This document shows, in pieces, positions 27,243 to 35,900 of a stretch of 64,000 nucleotides of DNA (the first letter of the stretch is position 1; each line of letters starts with the position of its first letter). A program made the translations under genes and the position numbers. The notes under the pieces are model-generated. The model was not told the origin of the DNA, searched no databases, and was given only the letters and a program-made list of their open reading frames with translations. This DNA is from an uncultured Erysipelotrichaceae bacterium (GTDB lineage Bacteria; Bacillota_I; Bacilli_A; RF39; UBA660), in contig CADANC010000001.1 of the NCBI GenBank assembly GCA_902789225.1, positions 201,438 to 265,437 of the forward strand, read 5' to 3'.

Positions 27243-28520
27243 TTATCCACAATTTTGAGTTAAATTTGTAATTCTAACAGCAGACCAGTTCTCAGTACCA
27301 TGAAGTTTTCCACTCTTCATTTCAGACACCCACTTATAATTCTTATTATTAGTAAAATAACTTCCTCCATCATAACCAGTAACAGTACCTTTTTTCTTAT
27401 CAACCTCTCCAACAAAAGCAACATGATACCAATCAGACCAAGTATCAGGATTGCTTCTATCTATACTATGTTCAAAGAAGTGTAATATATCTCCAACTTG
27501 TAAATCTTCTATATTTGATATTACTTCGTAATTTCTACCCATAGATTTGAATGAAGCAGATCCATGAGGCTGCCCATTGCCACCAAACAAACCTGCTTTA
27601 TAATAAACCATATCAACAGTCCAGTTACAATTAGTTGTCATATTAACTTCAGAACCGCCAGTAATCAATTTATCAAAATTTGATGTAGGACCAGAAAGAC
27701 CATCACTAGTATGAGTAACTCCTGGAGGATAAAACGCATCATTTTCTCCACTATTAGGAGCATTACAACTTCCACCCCACTTACAATATTTTGAACCATT
27801 ATAGTAATCAAAACCATATATATACATTAAACCAAAAACATATTCAGAAACTTCTTGTAATTCACCAGCTGTAGTTACTTTAACATCTTTACCATAATAT
27901 TTACTAAATACTCCACCCAAAGATCTAATATAACTAGGAGAACTAGATGCATTAAAACTACTATAATTAAAATCATTATAATGTTTTTCAACTATATTCA
28001 TAGTTTCAGCATCAAAAGAAGATTTTACTGAATTGTTAGGTTCAACAAATTGAGGACAAATACCTGATTTATTAGGATTTATTCCAGTACTACCTCTCTC
28101 ATATTCACCAGGATCAGTATAAACTTTTTGAATAGATTTCCCTGTAATATCATCTATTCCATCTCCATCTTCATCAATAAATTCATGACCTTTAAATTCA
28201 TTTTTAGAACTAAATGTAATAGAATCAACTTTATTCCAACATTCGCTTACTCTAAAATTATCATCAACCAAGTACATAACTAGATTAATAAGCATCGGTA
28301 AAAAGAATAGCACTGCTAATGCGACTAAACTATTTTTGATACCTTTTAGATTTTTATCTTTATTATTCATAGAAGCATCAGTAACTAATTTAAAAGTTAA
28401 AATGCCTAAAGATAGTATAGCCAAAACAGGCCCAACTATATGAATAATATCTATTGCATTTTTAAACACCTTAAGTAATGGCATTAAAGCATAATCATTA
28501 CAACTAACATCTAATATCAT
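27243..28520 (-). CDS. Paralog family P5: N-terminal 2-TM hairpin module + CHAP/NlpC-P60-type domain (tandem duplicate of P4)
   Basis: Same architecture as P4, with CNWTVDMVYYKAGLFGG and WYHVAFVGEVD. Confidence 0.65.
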   Translation of the reverse strand: MILDVSCNDYALMPLLKVFKNAIDIIHIVGPVLAILSLGILTFKLVTDASMNNKDKNLKGIKNSLVALAVLFFLPMLINLVMYLVDDNFRVSECWNKVDSITFSSKNEFKGHEFIDEDGDGIDDITGKSIQKVYTDPGEYERGSTGINPNKSGICPQFVEPNNSVKSSFDAETMNIVEKHYNDFNYSSFNASSSPSYIRSLGGVFSKYYGKDVKVTTAGELQEVSEYVFGLMYIYGFDYYNGSKYCKWGGSCNAPNSGENDAFYPPGVTHTSDGLSGPTSNFDKLITGGSEVNMTTNCNWTVDMVYYKAGLFGGNGQPHGSASFKSMGRNYEVISNIEDLQVGDILHFFEHSIDRSNPDTWSDWYHVAFVGEVDKKKGTVTGYDGGSYFTNNKNYKWVSEMKSGKLHGTENWSAVRITNLTQNCG

Positions 28521-28559
28521 AAACGTACCTCTACTATTATCATTTTATCATAATAAAAA

Positions 28560-28591
28560 CAAAAATAATACCAAACGGTATTATTTTACAA
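28560..28591 (-). terminator. Intrinsic terminator after the phosphodiester glycosidase gene (duplicated with the P4/P5 unit)
   Basis: On the minus strand, aaataataccgtttggtattatt followed by a T-run. Near-identical to the 27196-27226 element. Confidence 0.5.
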
Positions 28592-29597
28592 TCCAAAATG
28601 TTGGCATATCTCTTAGTCCATATTTACCACCTGCAACAGGTGTATTAATAATCTCATTATTAATAACTAATTCACTAGAAGAACCTCCATCTAAATTAGC
28701 AGCATTTATAGCACCAAAATCTTCCATAAGATCACATAAATCAACCATATCAGCCCCAATAGAAGAAGCAATTCTACCATTGATTACTAGGAATATTACT
28801 ATTCCATCACTTCTTTGTCCAATAGCAGTTCTAGGAGAAATACCCCAACCTCCATTACCTTTTACAAAACTTCTTTTTCCATTAATTATTAAAAAAGGTC
28901 CAAATTCTACAGCATCTCTCATGCCCATATTTAAAGCTTCTTGAGCACTCATTTTACCTAGAATGAGTTTATCATTAGAATCAAATCCAATAAATCCTCC
29001 ACCCATTCCAGCACCATTATAAGAACTAACTATTTTACCATCTTGAATGACAGTACCATGTGGAATAGCACCATTGCTATTCCAATCAGGATCATAAAAA
29101 CCACCTGCATTCATAGCAACAATAGCATTTTCTCTTTTACTAACTGTTAAAATATCTTCTCCTCTCTTTTTAAGATATTTAGTAGTTGCAATTCCAACTC
29201 TACTAGGATCATATATCGCAACAGCATATCCCTGATATCCAGTTCCACTAACTTCTATCAGTTTATATAGATCATCTTTATCATGATCTAACAATTCTTT
29301 TTCATATTTATTTCTATATATACTAGTAGTATATTTTTTAAATTGAATCATATTAGGATCAGTAACATCATTACCTTCAACAACTGTATTATTATTAAGA
29401 ACTTTTTGTATTGTTTTATCTGAATAAAATAAAGTTGCTAAATATCTATGATTTTTAGTTGTCATAGCAGTAGTAATCCAGAAATTTCTAAAGCCAGACC
29501 AAGGACCATAAAATAAAAACGTAAAACTAAAAAGAAAAAGAGAATCTAAAATAATAAAAGTAATTAAATATTTCTTTTTAATATTTAGTAATTTCAT
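28581..29597 (-). CDS. Phosphodiester glycosidase family protein (NAGPA/DUF2233-like), membrane-anchored
   Basis: N-terminal TM helix. The AMNAGGFYDPDWNSNGAIPHGTVIQDGKI block is typical of this family. Confidence 0.55.
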   Translation of the reverse strand: MKLLNIKKKYLITFIILDSLFLFSFTFLFYGPWSGFRNFWITTAMTTKNHRYLATLFYSDKTIQKVLNNNTVVEGNDVTDPNMIQFKKYTTSIYRNKYEKELLDHDKDDLYKLIEVSGTGYQGYAVAIYDPSRVGIATTKYLKKRGEDILTVSKRENAIVAMNAGGFYDPDWNSNGAIPHGTVIQDGKIVSSYNGAGMGGGFIGFDSNDKLILGKMSAQEALNMGMRDAVEFGPFLIINGKRSFVKGNGGWGISPRTAIGQRSDGIVIFLVINGRIASSIGADMVDLCDLMEDFGAINAANLDGGSSSELVINNEIINTPVAGGKYGLRDMPTFWIVK

Positions 29598-29599
29598 AT

Positions 29600-30145
29600 T
29601 TATCTACCATCATATTCCTTATCTTTATTATAGTCTATATAATCCCTGGTAGTTTTATAAGTTTCTAATTTATTTTCATTTACTTCATTATAAGTTTCAA
29701 TATTCTTATTATAAGTAGAAACATCTCCTACAAAGAAGTTGTTTACTTGTTCATAAACTAACTTATAATCTTTACATTTCTTATTAACTGAATTATCTGA
29801 ATAATAAGAATCATCACATAATTCATTTAAATCACCAACTAAATATTGAATAGTATTAACTTTATTTTCAAAATCCAAAAAAGCTTGTTTAATACTTTGA
29901 TCATTCACAAAATATTCATCATATGAAGCACTCTCTAAAACACTAGAATATAAACTCTCTCTAGCATTTTCAAAATCAATTACATCTTTATTAAACTTTT
30001 CATAATTTTTAAGTACCTTCTTACCATTAGCTTCTACATTAGCATGATCTTCTTTTAAACCATTAATATACATAGAAAAAGATCCACCCATTATTAGAAA
30101 CAATCCTATAGCAAATAAAATATAAGGTAATTTTGAATTCTTCAT
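29600..30145 (-). CDS. Membrane-anchored hypothetical protein
   Basis: 181 aa with an N-terminal TM helix. Confidence 0.5.
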   Translation of the reverse strand: MKNSKLPYILFAIGLFLIMGGSFSMYINGLKEDHANVEANGKKVLKNYEKFNKDVIDFENARESLYSSVLESASYDEYFVNDQSIKQAFLDFENKVNTIQYLVGDLNELCDDSYYSDNSVNKKCKDYKLVYEQVNNFFVGDVSTYNKNIETYNEVNENKLETYKTTRDYIDYNKDKEYDGR

Positions 30146-30228
30146 ATTGTCACATCCTAATATATTCTACTATATATATAGTAACAATTAACAATATATT
30201 TTACAACCCATAAAAAAAGATAATTCTA

Positions 30229-30795
30229 TTATCTAAATATCATTATCAATATAAAGATAACTAGAATTATCAATATTAAAAACTTATATTTATTCCACCA
30301 ACTTACATGATTATTATCTATGTAACTTGACACTAATTTTTGCATATTTTTCTTATTACTCTTGTATTTTTTAGGTTTAAACTTCTTTGCTTTTTTCAAA
30401 ATATCTACTAAATTAGAAAAATCATCTAATTCTAAAATATATCCTTCTTTCACAAATTCAGCAACTATTTGCTTCTGATGATCATTAGTATGCTCTTTAT
30501 ATTTTGAAAGTCTTGCTGCTGCAATAACAGGTTTATCATATTTTAAAGCACCTAGTATTGATCCAACTCCACCATGAGTAATTAAAATATCTGCCTCTTT
30601 CATTAATTTATCTAATTTATCAGGTAATACAAAATCAAATATTTCCATATTATCAGATTTATATTTAGTATAACCAGCTTGTACTACAACTTTATCCTTA
30701 ATATTTCCATTCTCAATTTCTTTATCAATAGCTTTTACTAATCTTTCAAAGCTCTTATCCTGAGTCCCTAAAGTAACTAATATCAAAATATCCAA
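30229..30795 (-). CDS. Alg13-like glycosyltransferase C-terminal-domain protein (EpsF/Cps14G/PssE-type)
   Basis: ILVTLGTQDKSFERLV...ADILITHGGVGSILGAL...NDHQ matches Glyco_tran_28_C. Confidence 0.7.
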   Translation of the reverse strand: MDILILVTLGTQDKSFERLVKAIDKEIENGNIKDKVVVQAGYTKYKSDNMEIFDFVLPDKLDKLMKEADILITHGGVGSILGALKYDKPVIAAARLSKYKEHTNDHQKQIVAEFVKEGYILELDDFSNLVDILKKAKKFKPKKYKSNKKNMQKLVSSYIDNNHVSWWNKYKFLILIILVIFILIMIFR

Positions 30796-31271
30796 CCTCC
30801 ATACTCAGCATTTTCATATAAATCTAACATACTCTTCCACTGTACAATAAAATGATCAGCAAATTTATAAACAAGTTTTCCAGTTACAGTTTTATTAGTA
30901 ATATTAGCAAAAGTTTCAATATAGATTATTTCGCTACCAAATATCTTAGCTATTAAAGCCATAACTCCCCCTACATGAGCTCCTGTAGTAACAACATAAT
31001 CAGGATGAAATTTTAAATATACAAATAAACATATAAAAATATTAATTAACAAGATAAATGGATAAGTCAACATATGATCTTTAGTTCCATATAAAAGCAA
31101 AGTACTTTTTCCTTTATATTCATCTTTAATATACATATTAGATTTTTGCTTCTCTGTAACTAAATAATATTCATAGTTATCAAAAATATCCTTTAATTGT
31201 AATAATTCTGTTAAATGTCCTCCAGTTGAAGCAACAAATAATACTCTTTTCTTTTTCTTCATATCTATCAC
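30783..31271 (-). CDS. Alg14-like membrane-associated glycosyltransferase partner (EpsE/Cps14F/PssD-type)
   Basis: Has VLFVASTGGHLTELLQL and VVTTGAHVGGVMALIAKIFGSEIIYIETFANI...IVQW. It overlaps its Alg13-like partner. Confidence 0.7.
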   Translation of the reverse strand: MIDMKKKKRVLFVASTGGHLTELLQLKDIFDNYEYYLVTEKQKSNMYIKDEYKGKSTLLLYGTKDHMLTYPFILLINIFICLFVYLKFHPDYVVTTGAHVGGVMALIAKIFGSEIIYIETFANITNKTVTGKLVYKFADHFIVQWKSMLDLYENAEYGGWIF

Positions 31272-32518
31272 TACTTTTCTAATAATTTATACCAATCTTT
31301 TTTAACAACATCTACACTATATTTCTTTACACTTTCTTTTCCAGCTTTTCCAATCTTTTTACGTTTTTCAATATCATCCATTAATTGTTCACATTTTCTA
31401 ACATATTCTACTGAATTTCTATTTTTAATTAAATAGCCATTAAATCCACTACTTATAATTTCTCTTGCTCCTTCAGCAGAATCAAATGCAATACAAGGAA
31501 CACCATGACTCATTGCTTCAATAAGAACAATACCAAAACTCTCAGTATATGATGTCATTAAATATAAAGAACTATTATGTAATAATTCATTAATATAATC
31601 TTTATCTCTAAATCCATGTAAAGTAACACTATTATCTAAATCATTATCTTGTATATAATCCTTTAATTTTATCTTATCAACACCATCACCAATAATATCA
31701 AGATGCCAATCTGGATAATCCTCATGTATTTTATTAAAGATTTTTAATAGATCTAAAAAACCTTTTTCATGAGAAAGTCTACCAACACTAATAAGTCTTT
31801 TCTCAGTAAGATGAGATGAACGAACTGGAATTTTATCAATAACATTAGGTATATTTATACATTTACATTTATATCTACGCATTTCTTTAGAATAGTAATC
31901 ATATAATTCTTTAGAAACTAATACTAAATAATCTAATTTAGAACAAGAATTAACAATTTTTCTAGCATATTTATAATTATTATGGAAATGATTATGTTCC
32001 CATCCAATTTTAACTATATCTTTAGAACCATAATATCCTAACCATTCATCAAATATATCTCTTGAAGAAATAATAATATCAGCATCACTATTTTTTATAT
32101 AATCAATCATAGTTGATTTACGTTTTTGAAACATAGTAAATCCATTAAATCCATCACTAAAGAATTGTTTAGTTTGTTTCTTTTTAAAATAATCTCTATT
32201 TAATCTTCTAAATAATTTTTTAAATTTAAAACTTTTTAATAAAACATTATATTCTTGAAGTTTTATAGGTAAATCTGTATTTATTAAATATCTAATTTTT
32301 ACTTTAGAATCTATTGGAAACCTAGGTTTATCATATAACTTATATGAACAAACAATTTCAACATCATATTTTGAAACCAACATATTAGCAAGAGCTGCAA
32401 CACTCTTTTCAACTCCACCATATCCTAAATGTAAAGAAAGAATAACAACCTTTTTCATCTTACCACCCAATTTTATTGTAACAAATTTATAGACAAAAGA
32501 AAAGCAATGCTTAAGCAT
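31271..32518 (-). CDS. GT4-family glycosyltransferase
   Basis: 415 aa with the EX7E-like motif SYTESFGIVLIEAMSHGVPCIA. Confidence 0.75.
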   Translation of the reverse strand: MLKHCFSFVYKFVTIKLGGKMKKVVILSLHLGYGGVEKSVAALANMLVSKYDVEIVCSYKLYDKPRFPIDSKVKIRYLINTDLPIKLQEYNVLLKSFKFKKLFRRLNRDYFKKKQTKQFFSDGFNGFTMFQKRKSTMIDYIKNSDADIIISSRDIFDEWLGYYGSKDIVKIGWEHNHFHNNYKYARKIVNSCSKLDYLVLVSKELYDYYSKEMRRYKCKCINIPNVIDKIPVRSSHLTEKRLISVGRLSHEKGFLDLLKIFNKIHEDYPDWHLDIIGDGVDKIKLKDYIQDNDLDNSVTLHGFRDKDYINELLHNSSLYLMTSYTESFGIVLIEAMSHGVPCIAFDSAEGAREIISSGFNGYLIKNRNSVEYVRKCEQLMDDIEKRKKIGKAGKESVKKYSVDVVKKDWYKLLEK

Positions 32519-32530
32519 TGCGTTATTTTA

Positions 32531-33433
32531 TTATTGTCCTACTGATTGAATTTCAGGAACCTTTACTTCTACAGGTGCCTCAGCTGGAACTGGTGCAACT
32601 GTTGGTTCAGCAGGTACTGAAGAAATTGAAGGAACTTGTGGAATAGGTTGAGTATTCTCTAAAGGATCAGCTCCTCCATAAATTTGTTGTGGTTCAGCAG
32701 GTTGTGCTCCAACTGCAGGTACAGATGGATTTGCCCCTCCATAAATTGCTGGTGCCTCAGGTGCAACATTTTGAATTCCAACTGGTGCAACTGTTGGTTC
32801 AGCAGGTGCTGGTGCAATAGGTGCAGGTTGAACTTCAGGTGCTGGAGCAACTGGCACTGGTTGTGGTGCAGCAGGCATTGCAGGTGCTGGTGCAACTACA
32901 GGTTGAGCCTCTACTGGTGCAGGAGCTACAACTGCAGGTTGAACTTCAGGTGCTGGTGCAACTGGTGCTTGTTGTTGAGGTACTTCAAAACTTGGAGTAG
33001 TTACGTCTCCAGTAGATGCATCTACAGGAGTACCATCTATAGGTAAAACCTTAACTTCATTTGAAAAGCCATTTGTAGTTGCTTCATTAACCTCATTTGG
33101 ATCAATTGCAATTGGTTGAACACCATTAGCATCAGCAGCTACAACACCAGGTAATTGAGTCTCTTGAGCCATTCCCATATTTGGATCAACTTGTGGTTGA
33201 ACAGGTTGAGTAGGATCAGCTATAGGAGCCATACCTGCAGGCTGAACAGAAGGTTGAACGGCATTAGTTGCTGGAACTGGTTGTCCACCTCCAGCAGCAG
33301 CTGCTGCCTTCTTATTTGCCTTTTTAACTTTTTTACTTTGAACTAATAATATAACTAAAGCTACAATTAATAATACTATACCTAGGGTAATTAATAATCC
33401 AGGTACTGATTTGAAAAAATCCATATAATACAC
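32531..33433 (-). CDS. Pro/Ala/Val/Gln-rich low-complexity membrane-anchored protein, first gene of the locus
   Basis: N-terminal TM helix, then PVAPAPEVQPA-type degenerate repeats. The repeat DNA is locally GC-rich and generates shadow ORFs in other frames. Confidence 0.6.
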   Translation of the reverse strand: MYYMDFFKSVPGLLITLGIVLLIVALVILLVQSKKVKKANKKAAAAAGGGQPVPATNAVQPSVQPAGMAPIADPTQPVQPQVDPNMGMAQETQLPGVVAADANGVQPIAIDPNEVNEATTNGFSNEVKVLPIDGTPVDASTGDVTTPSFEVPQQQAPVAPAPEVQPAVVAPAPVEAQPVVAPAPAMPAAPQPVPVAPAPEVQPAPIAPAPAEPTVAPVGIQNVAPEAPAIYGGANPSVPAVGAQPAEPQQIYGGADPLENTQPIPQVPSISSVPAEPTVAPVPAEAPVEVKVPEIQSVGQ

Positions 33434-33537
33434 TCCCTTATTTTACTCTTAATCTATATTAATGATATCAAAAAAGATTTATCATTGCAATAATTTTATT
33501 TTTTATACTTTTTTTTACATGAAAAATAATTGTATAA

Positions 33538-34224
33538 TTATAAAATTTTATTTACATCAAATAATTTCCAAAAACCATAATTCTTAGGCAATAATTGAAA
33601 ACTCATTTCTTCTTTCTTTACAGGATGAACAAATTCTAACTTATAAGCATATAAAGCAATAGGATAATCTTCTTCTCCAAAACTATACCTATGATCTCCA
33701 AGTATCGCATGTCCAATATTAGCAAACTGAACTCTTATTTGATGATGTCTTCCTGTCAATAAATGAATTTTAACTAAAGAACAATTCTTCTCTTTGTTAT
33801 AGGAAATAGCTTCATAATCTAATATAGCTTCTTTGCCATCAGGAGAAATAACACTATTTCCATTATCTAATTTCTTAATATTATTAATAAGTCTATTTTT
33901 ACCTTCTAATTTTCCATGAACAATTGCCATATAATATTTATTTATTTCATTTTTCCTAATTGAATCAGATAATCGAGATGCAGCTTTACTAGTTTTAGCA
34001 AACACCATAATACCTCCAACCATTCTATCTAGTCTATGTACTAAACCTAAATAAACATTTCCAGGCTTATCATATTTTTCCTTAATATAAGATTTAACTA
34101 TATTAACTAAATCATCATCACCAGTATTATCAGCTTGACTAAGAATGCCTATACCTTTTTCAACTACTATAATATGATTATCTTCATATAAAACATTAAT
34201 ATCCGGAATTTTCATATTTATCAC
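33538..34224 (-). CDS. RluA-family pseudouridine synthase
   Basis: Has HRLDRMVGGIMVFAKT with the catalytic Asp. Confidence 0.75.
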   Translation of the reverse strand: MINMKIPDINVLYEDNHIIVVEKGIGILSQADNTGDDDLVNIVKSYIKEKYDKPGNVYLGLVHRLDRMVGGIMVFAKTSKAASRLSDSIRKNEINKYYMAIVHGKLEGKNRLINNIKKLDNGNSVISPDGKEAILDYEAISYNKEKNCSLVKIHLLTGRHHQIRVQFANIGHAILGDHRYSFGEEDYPIALYAYKLEFVHPVKKEEMSFQLLPKNYGFWKLFDVNKIL

Positions 34225-34717
34225 CTAGATACTCTTCAAAATCATTAAGATTATCTCTACCTACAATATTCATAAATACATCTCTAGTTTCATCATAGGT
34301 TTTATTATATTTGCAATAATTATAAACTGATTTTTCATAATCTTTTGTTTTGATAGATAAGGTAGAACTTCCTGCATCTAAACAATTATCATCTGATATA
34401 TCAGACTTTAATCTACTAAATTTACCATGTGTCATTTCATTTGCTAGATCTTCAATTTCTGAATCACTTACTCTATATTTTTTAGTTTCCTTTTCATCAT
34501 AAACATATGCATATATTAATACATTCCCTTTACTATCTAATTCAATAGTTTTAGTAATAGTACTAATATAAGTACCATATCCACCACCATAAGAATAAGT
34601 AATTATATAATCACCATCTAACTGAATATTATCATTTTTCTTAGCTAATAGAAAAAATACAATAGAAGAAACAACTATAATAACAATAGCAATTAATAAT
34701 AACAATTTATTTTTCAT
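34196..34717 (-). CDS. Membrane-anchored hypothetical protein
   Basis: 173 aa with an N-terminal TM helix. Confidence 0.5.
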   Translation of the reverse strand: MKNKLLLLIAIVIIVVSSIVFFLLAKKNDNIQLDGDYIITYSYGGGYGTYISTITKTIELDSKGNVLIYAYVYDEKETKKYRVSDSEIEDLANEMTHGKFSRLKSDISDDNCLDAGSSTLSIKTKDYEKSVYNYCKYNKTYDETRDVFMNIVGRDNLNDFEEYLGDKYENSGY

Positions 34718-35198
34718 TTTGAATCTCCTTATTTATAATCATAATAGTCTTTTCATCAATAGAAGTATAAAATTTATCAAGTACTTCTTTAAATATATTA
34801 GTTTTTTCAAAATTAAAAGGTACATAATCATAATGATAATCATCTAATCCTAATACAAAATCATCAGTATTAATTAAATAAAACAAAGTCATACAACTCT
34901 TCAATTTCAAAGAATCTACTCCTCCAAATATAGTAGCAGGATTCTTCACTTTAACATTAAGTAACAAATTACATATCTTAATCATATTATTATATAAATA
35001 CTCATTATTAAGATAACTAATAGCTTCATTTATACTTTTAATAGAATAAAACACTGAAGTTTCACTATATCCCAAACCATGTATTTGAGGAAAAATATAC
35101 CACATCCAATGAGTTTTCTTTTTACCACTTTTAATTTCTTCATATGCAATGTCATAATAATCTTCTTGAGCTTCAATAAATCTATTTAAATCTTCCAT
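34707..35198 (-). CDS. DUF1810-family protein
   Basis: Has LNRFIEAQ...HWMWYIFPQIHGLGYSETS... Confidence 0.55.
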   Translation of the reverse strand: MEDLNRFIEAQEDYYDIAYEEIKSGKKKTHWMWYIFPQIHGLGYSETSVFYSIKSINEAISYLNNEYLYNNMIKICNLLLNVKVKNPATIFGGVDSLKLKSCMTLFYLINTDDFVLGLDDYHYDYVPFNFEKTNIFKEVLDKFYTSIDEKTIMIINKEIQNEK

Positions 35199-35842
35199 AT
35201 ATCCTCCATATCAATATGAGTAATATTTGTAAGTTCATTTTTATTATTAAATTCAAGTTTAAATAAATCAGGCATTTCTAGAACTCCATCAAAAATAATT
35301 TTATTTTTATATTTAAATTTAAAATAAGCATTATATTTAACATCAAGTAATTCTAAATATTTCATTAAAAACATCGTAATAGCATATCCATGAGAAAATA
35401 TAGCAACTCTTTTAAATTTTTTATTATTTAAAATCTCATCAAAAGCTTCTTCAAATCTCTTTCTAACATCTCTTTGGCTTTCTCCACCAACAGTTTTATA
35501 ATCTATATCATAATATTGTCTTTCATACCAATCTGGAACACTATCACTATTGAAAACGCCTATCCTTCTTTCATCAAACCTTTCATCAATAGTAACATCT
35601 AAATCTTGTTTTTCAAGTAGATATTTAGCCGTAGATAAAGTTCTAACACAATTACTAGCATAAACTGCATCAAGATTATCTAACTCTTCTAAAGTTGCTA
35701 AAGCTTCTGCTCTTTTTTCTCCTTTTGGAGATAAAATAATCTTTTCACTTTTAAGCATATAACTCTGATCAGTTTTATAATCAATGACATTAGAATAATC
35801 AAATCTAACAGAATGTCTAACTAAATAAATAACTTTACTCAT
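35186..35842 (-). CDS. Histidine phosphatase (phosphoglycerate-mutase-like) family protein
   Basis: N-terminal VIYLVRHSVR. This is a tentative assignment. Confidence 0.45.
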   Translation of the reverse strand: MSKVIYLVRHSVRFDYSNVIDYKTDQSYMLKSEKIILSPKGEKRAEALATLEELDNLDAVYASNCVRTLSTAKYLLEKQDLDVTIDERFDERRIGVFNSDSVPDWYERQYYDIDYKTVGGESQRDVRKRFEEAFDEILNNKKFKRVAIFSHGYAITMFLMKYLELLDVKYNAYFKFKYKNKIIFDGVLEMPDLFKLEFNNKNELTNITHIDMEDIWKI

Positions 35843-35900
35843 ATAAACACCTACACTACCTTAATTATAACATAATAAAAAAAAGAAAAGACTAATAAAA

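Noticed and set aside
22945-28520. The P1-P5 array as antibacterial polymorphic toxins (Tae/Tge/Tle-like effectors).
   Set aside because: The intergenic gaps are only 5-90 bp, so there are no interleaved immunity genes. The proteins carry TM anchors rather than secretion-system trafficking domains (LXG/WXG/PAAR/Rhs).
22945-28520. The array as conjugation-associated cell-wall hydrolases (CwlT/TcpG-like).
   Set aside because: No VirB4/VirD4/relaxase/TcpA-like genes occur anywhere in the window.
32659-33346. ORFs 32659-32895 (-), 32684-33046 (+) and 33155-33346 (+).
   Set aside because: They are shadow reading frames created by the GC-rich Pro/Ala repeat DNA of the real gene 32531-33433. Their products are Cys/His/Trp/Leu-rich nonsense.
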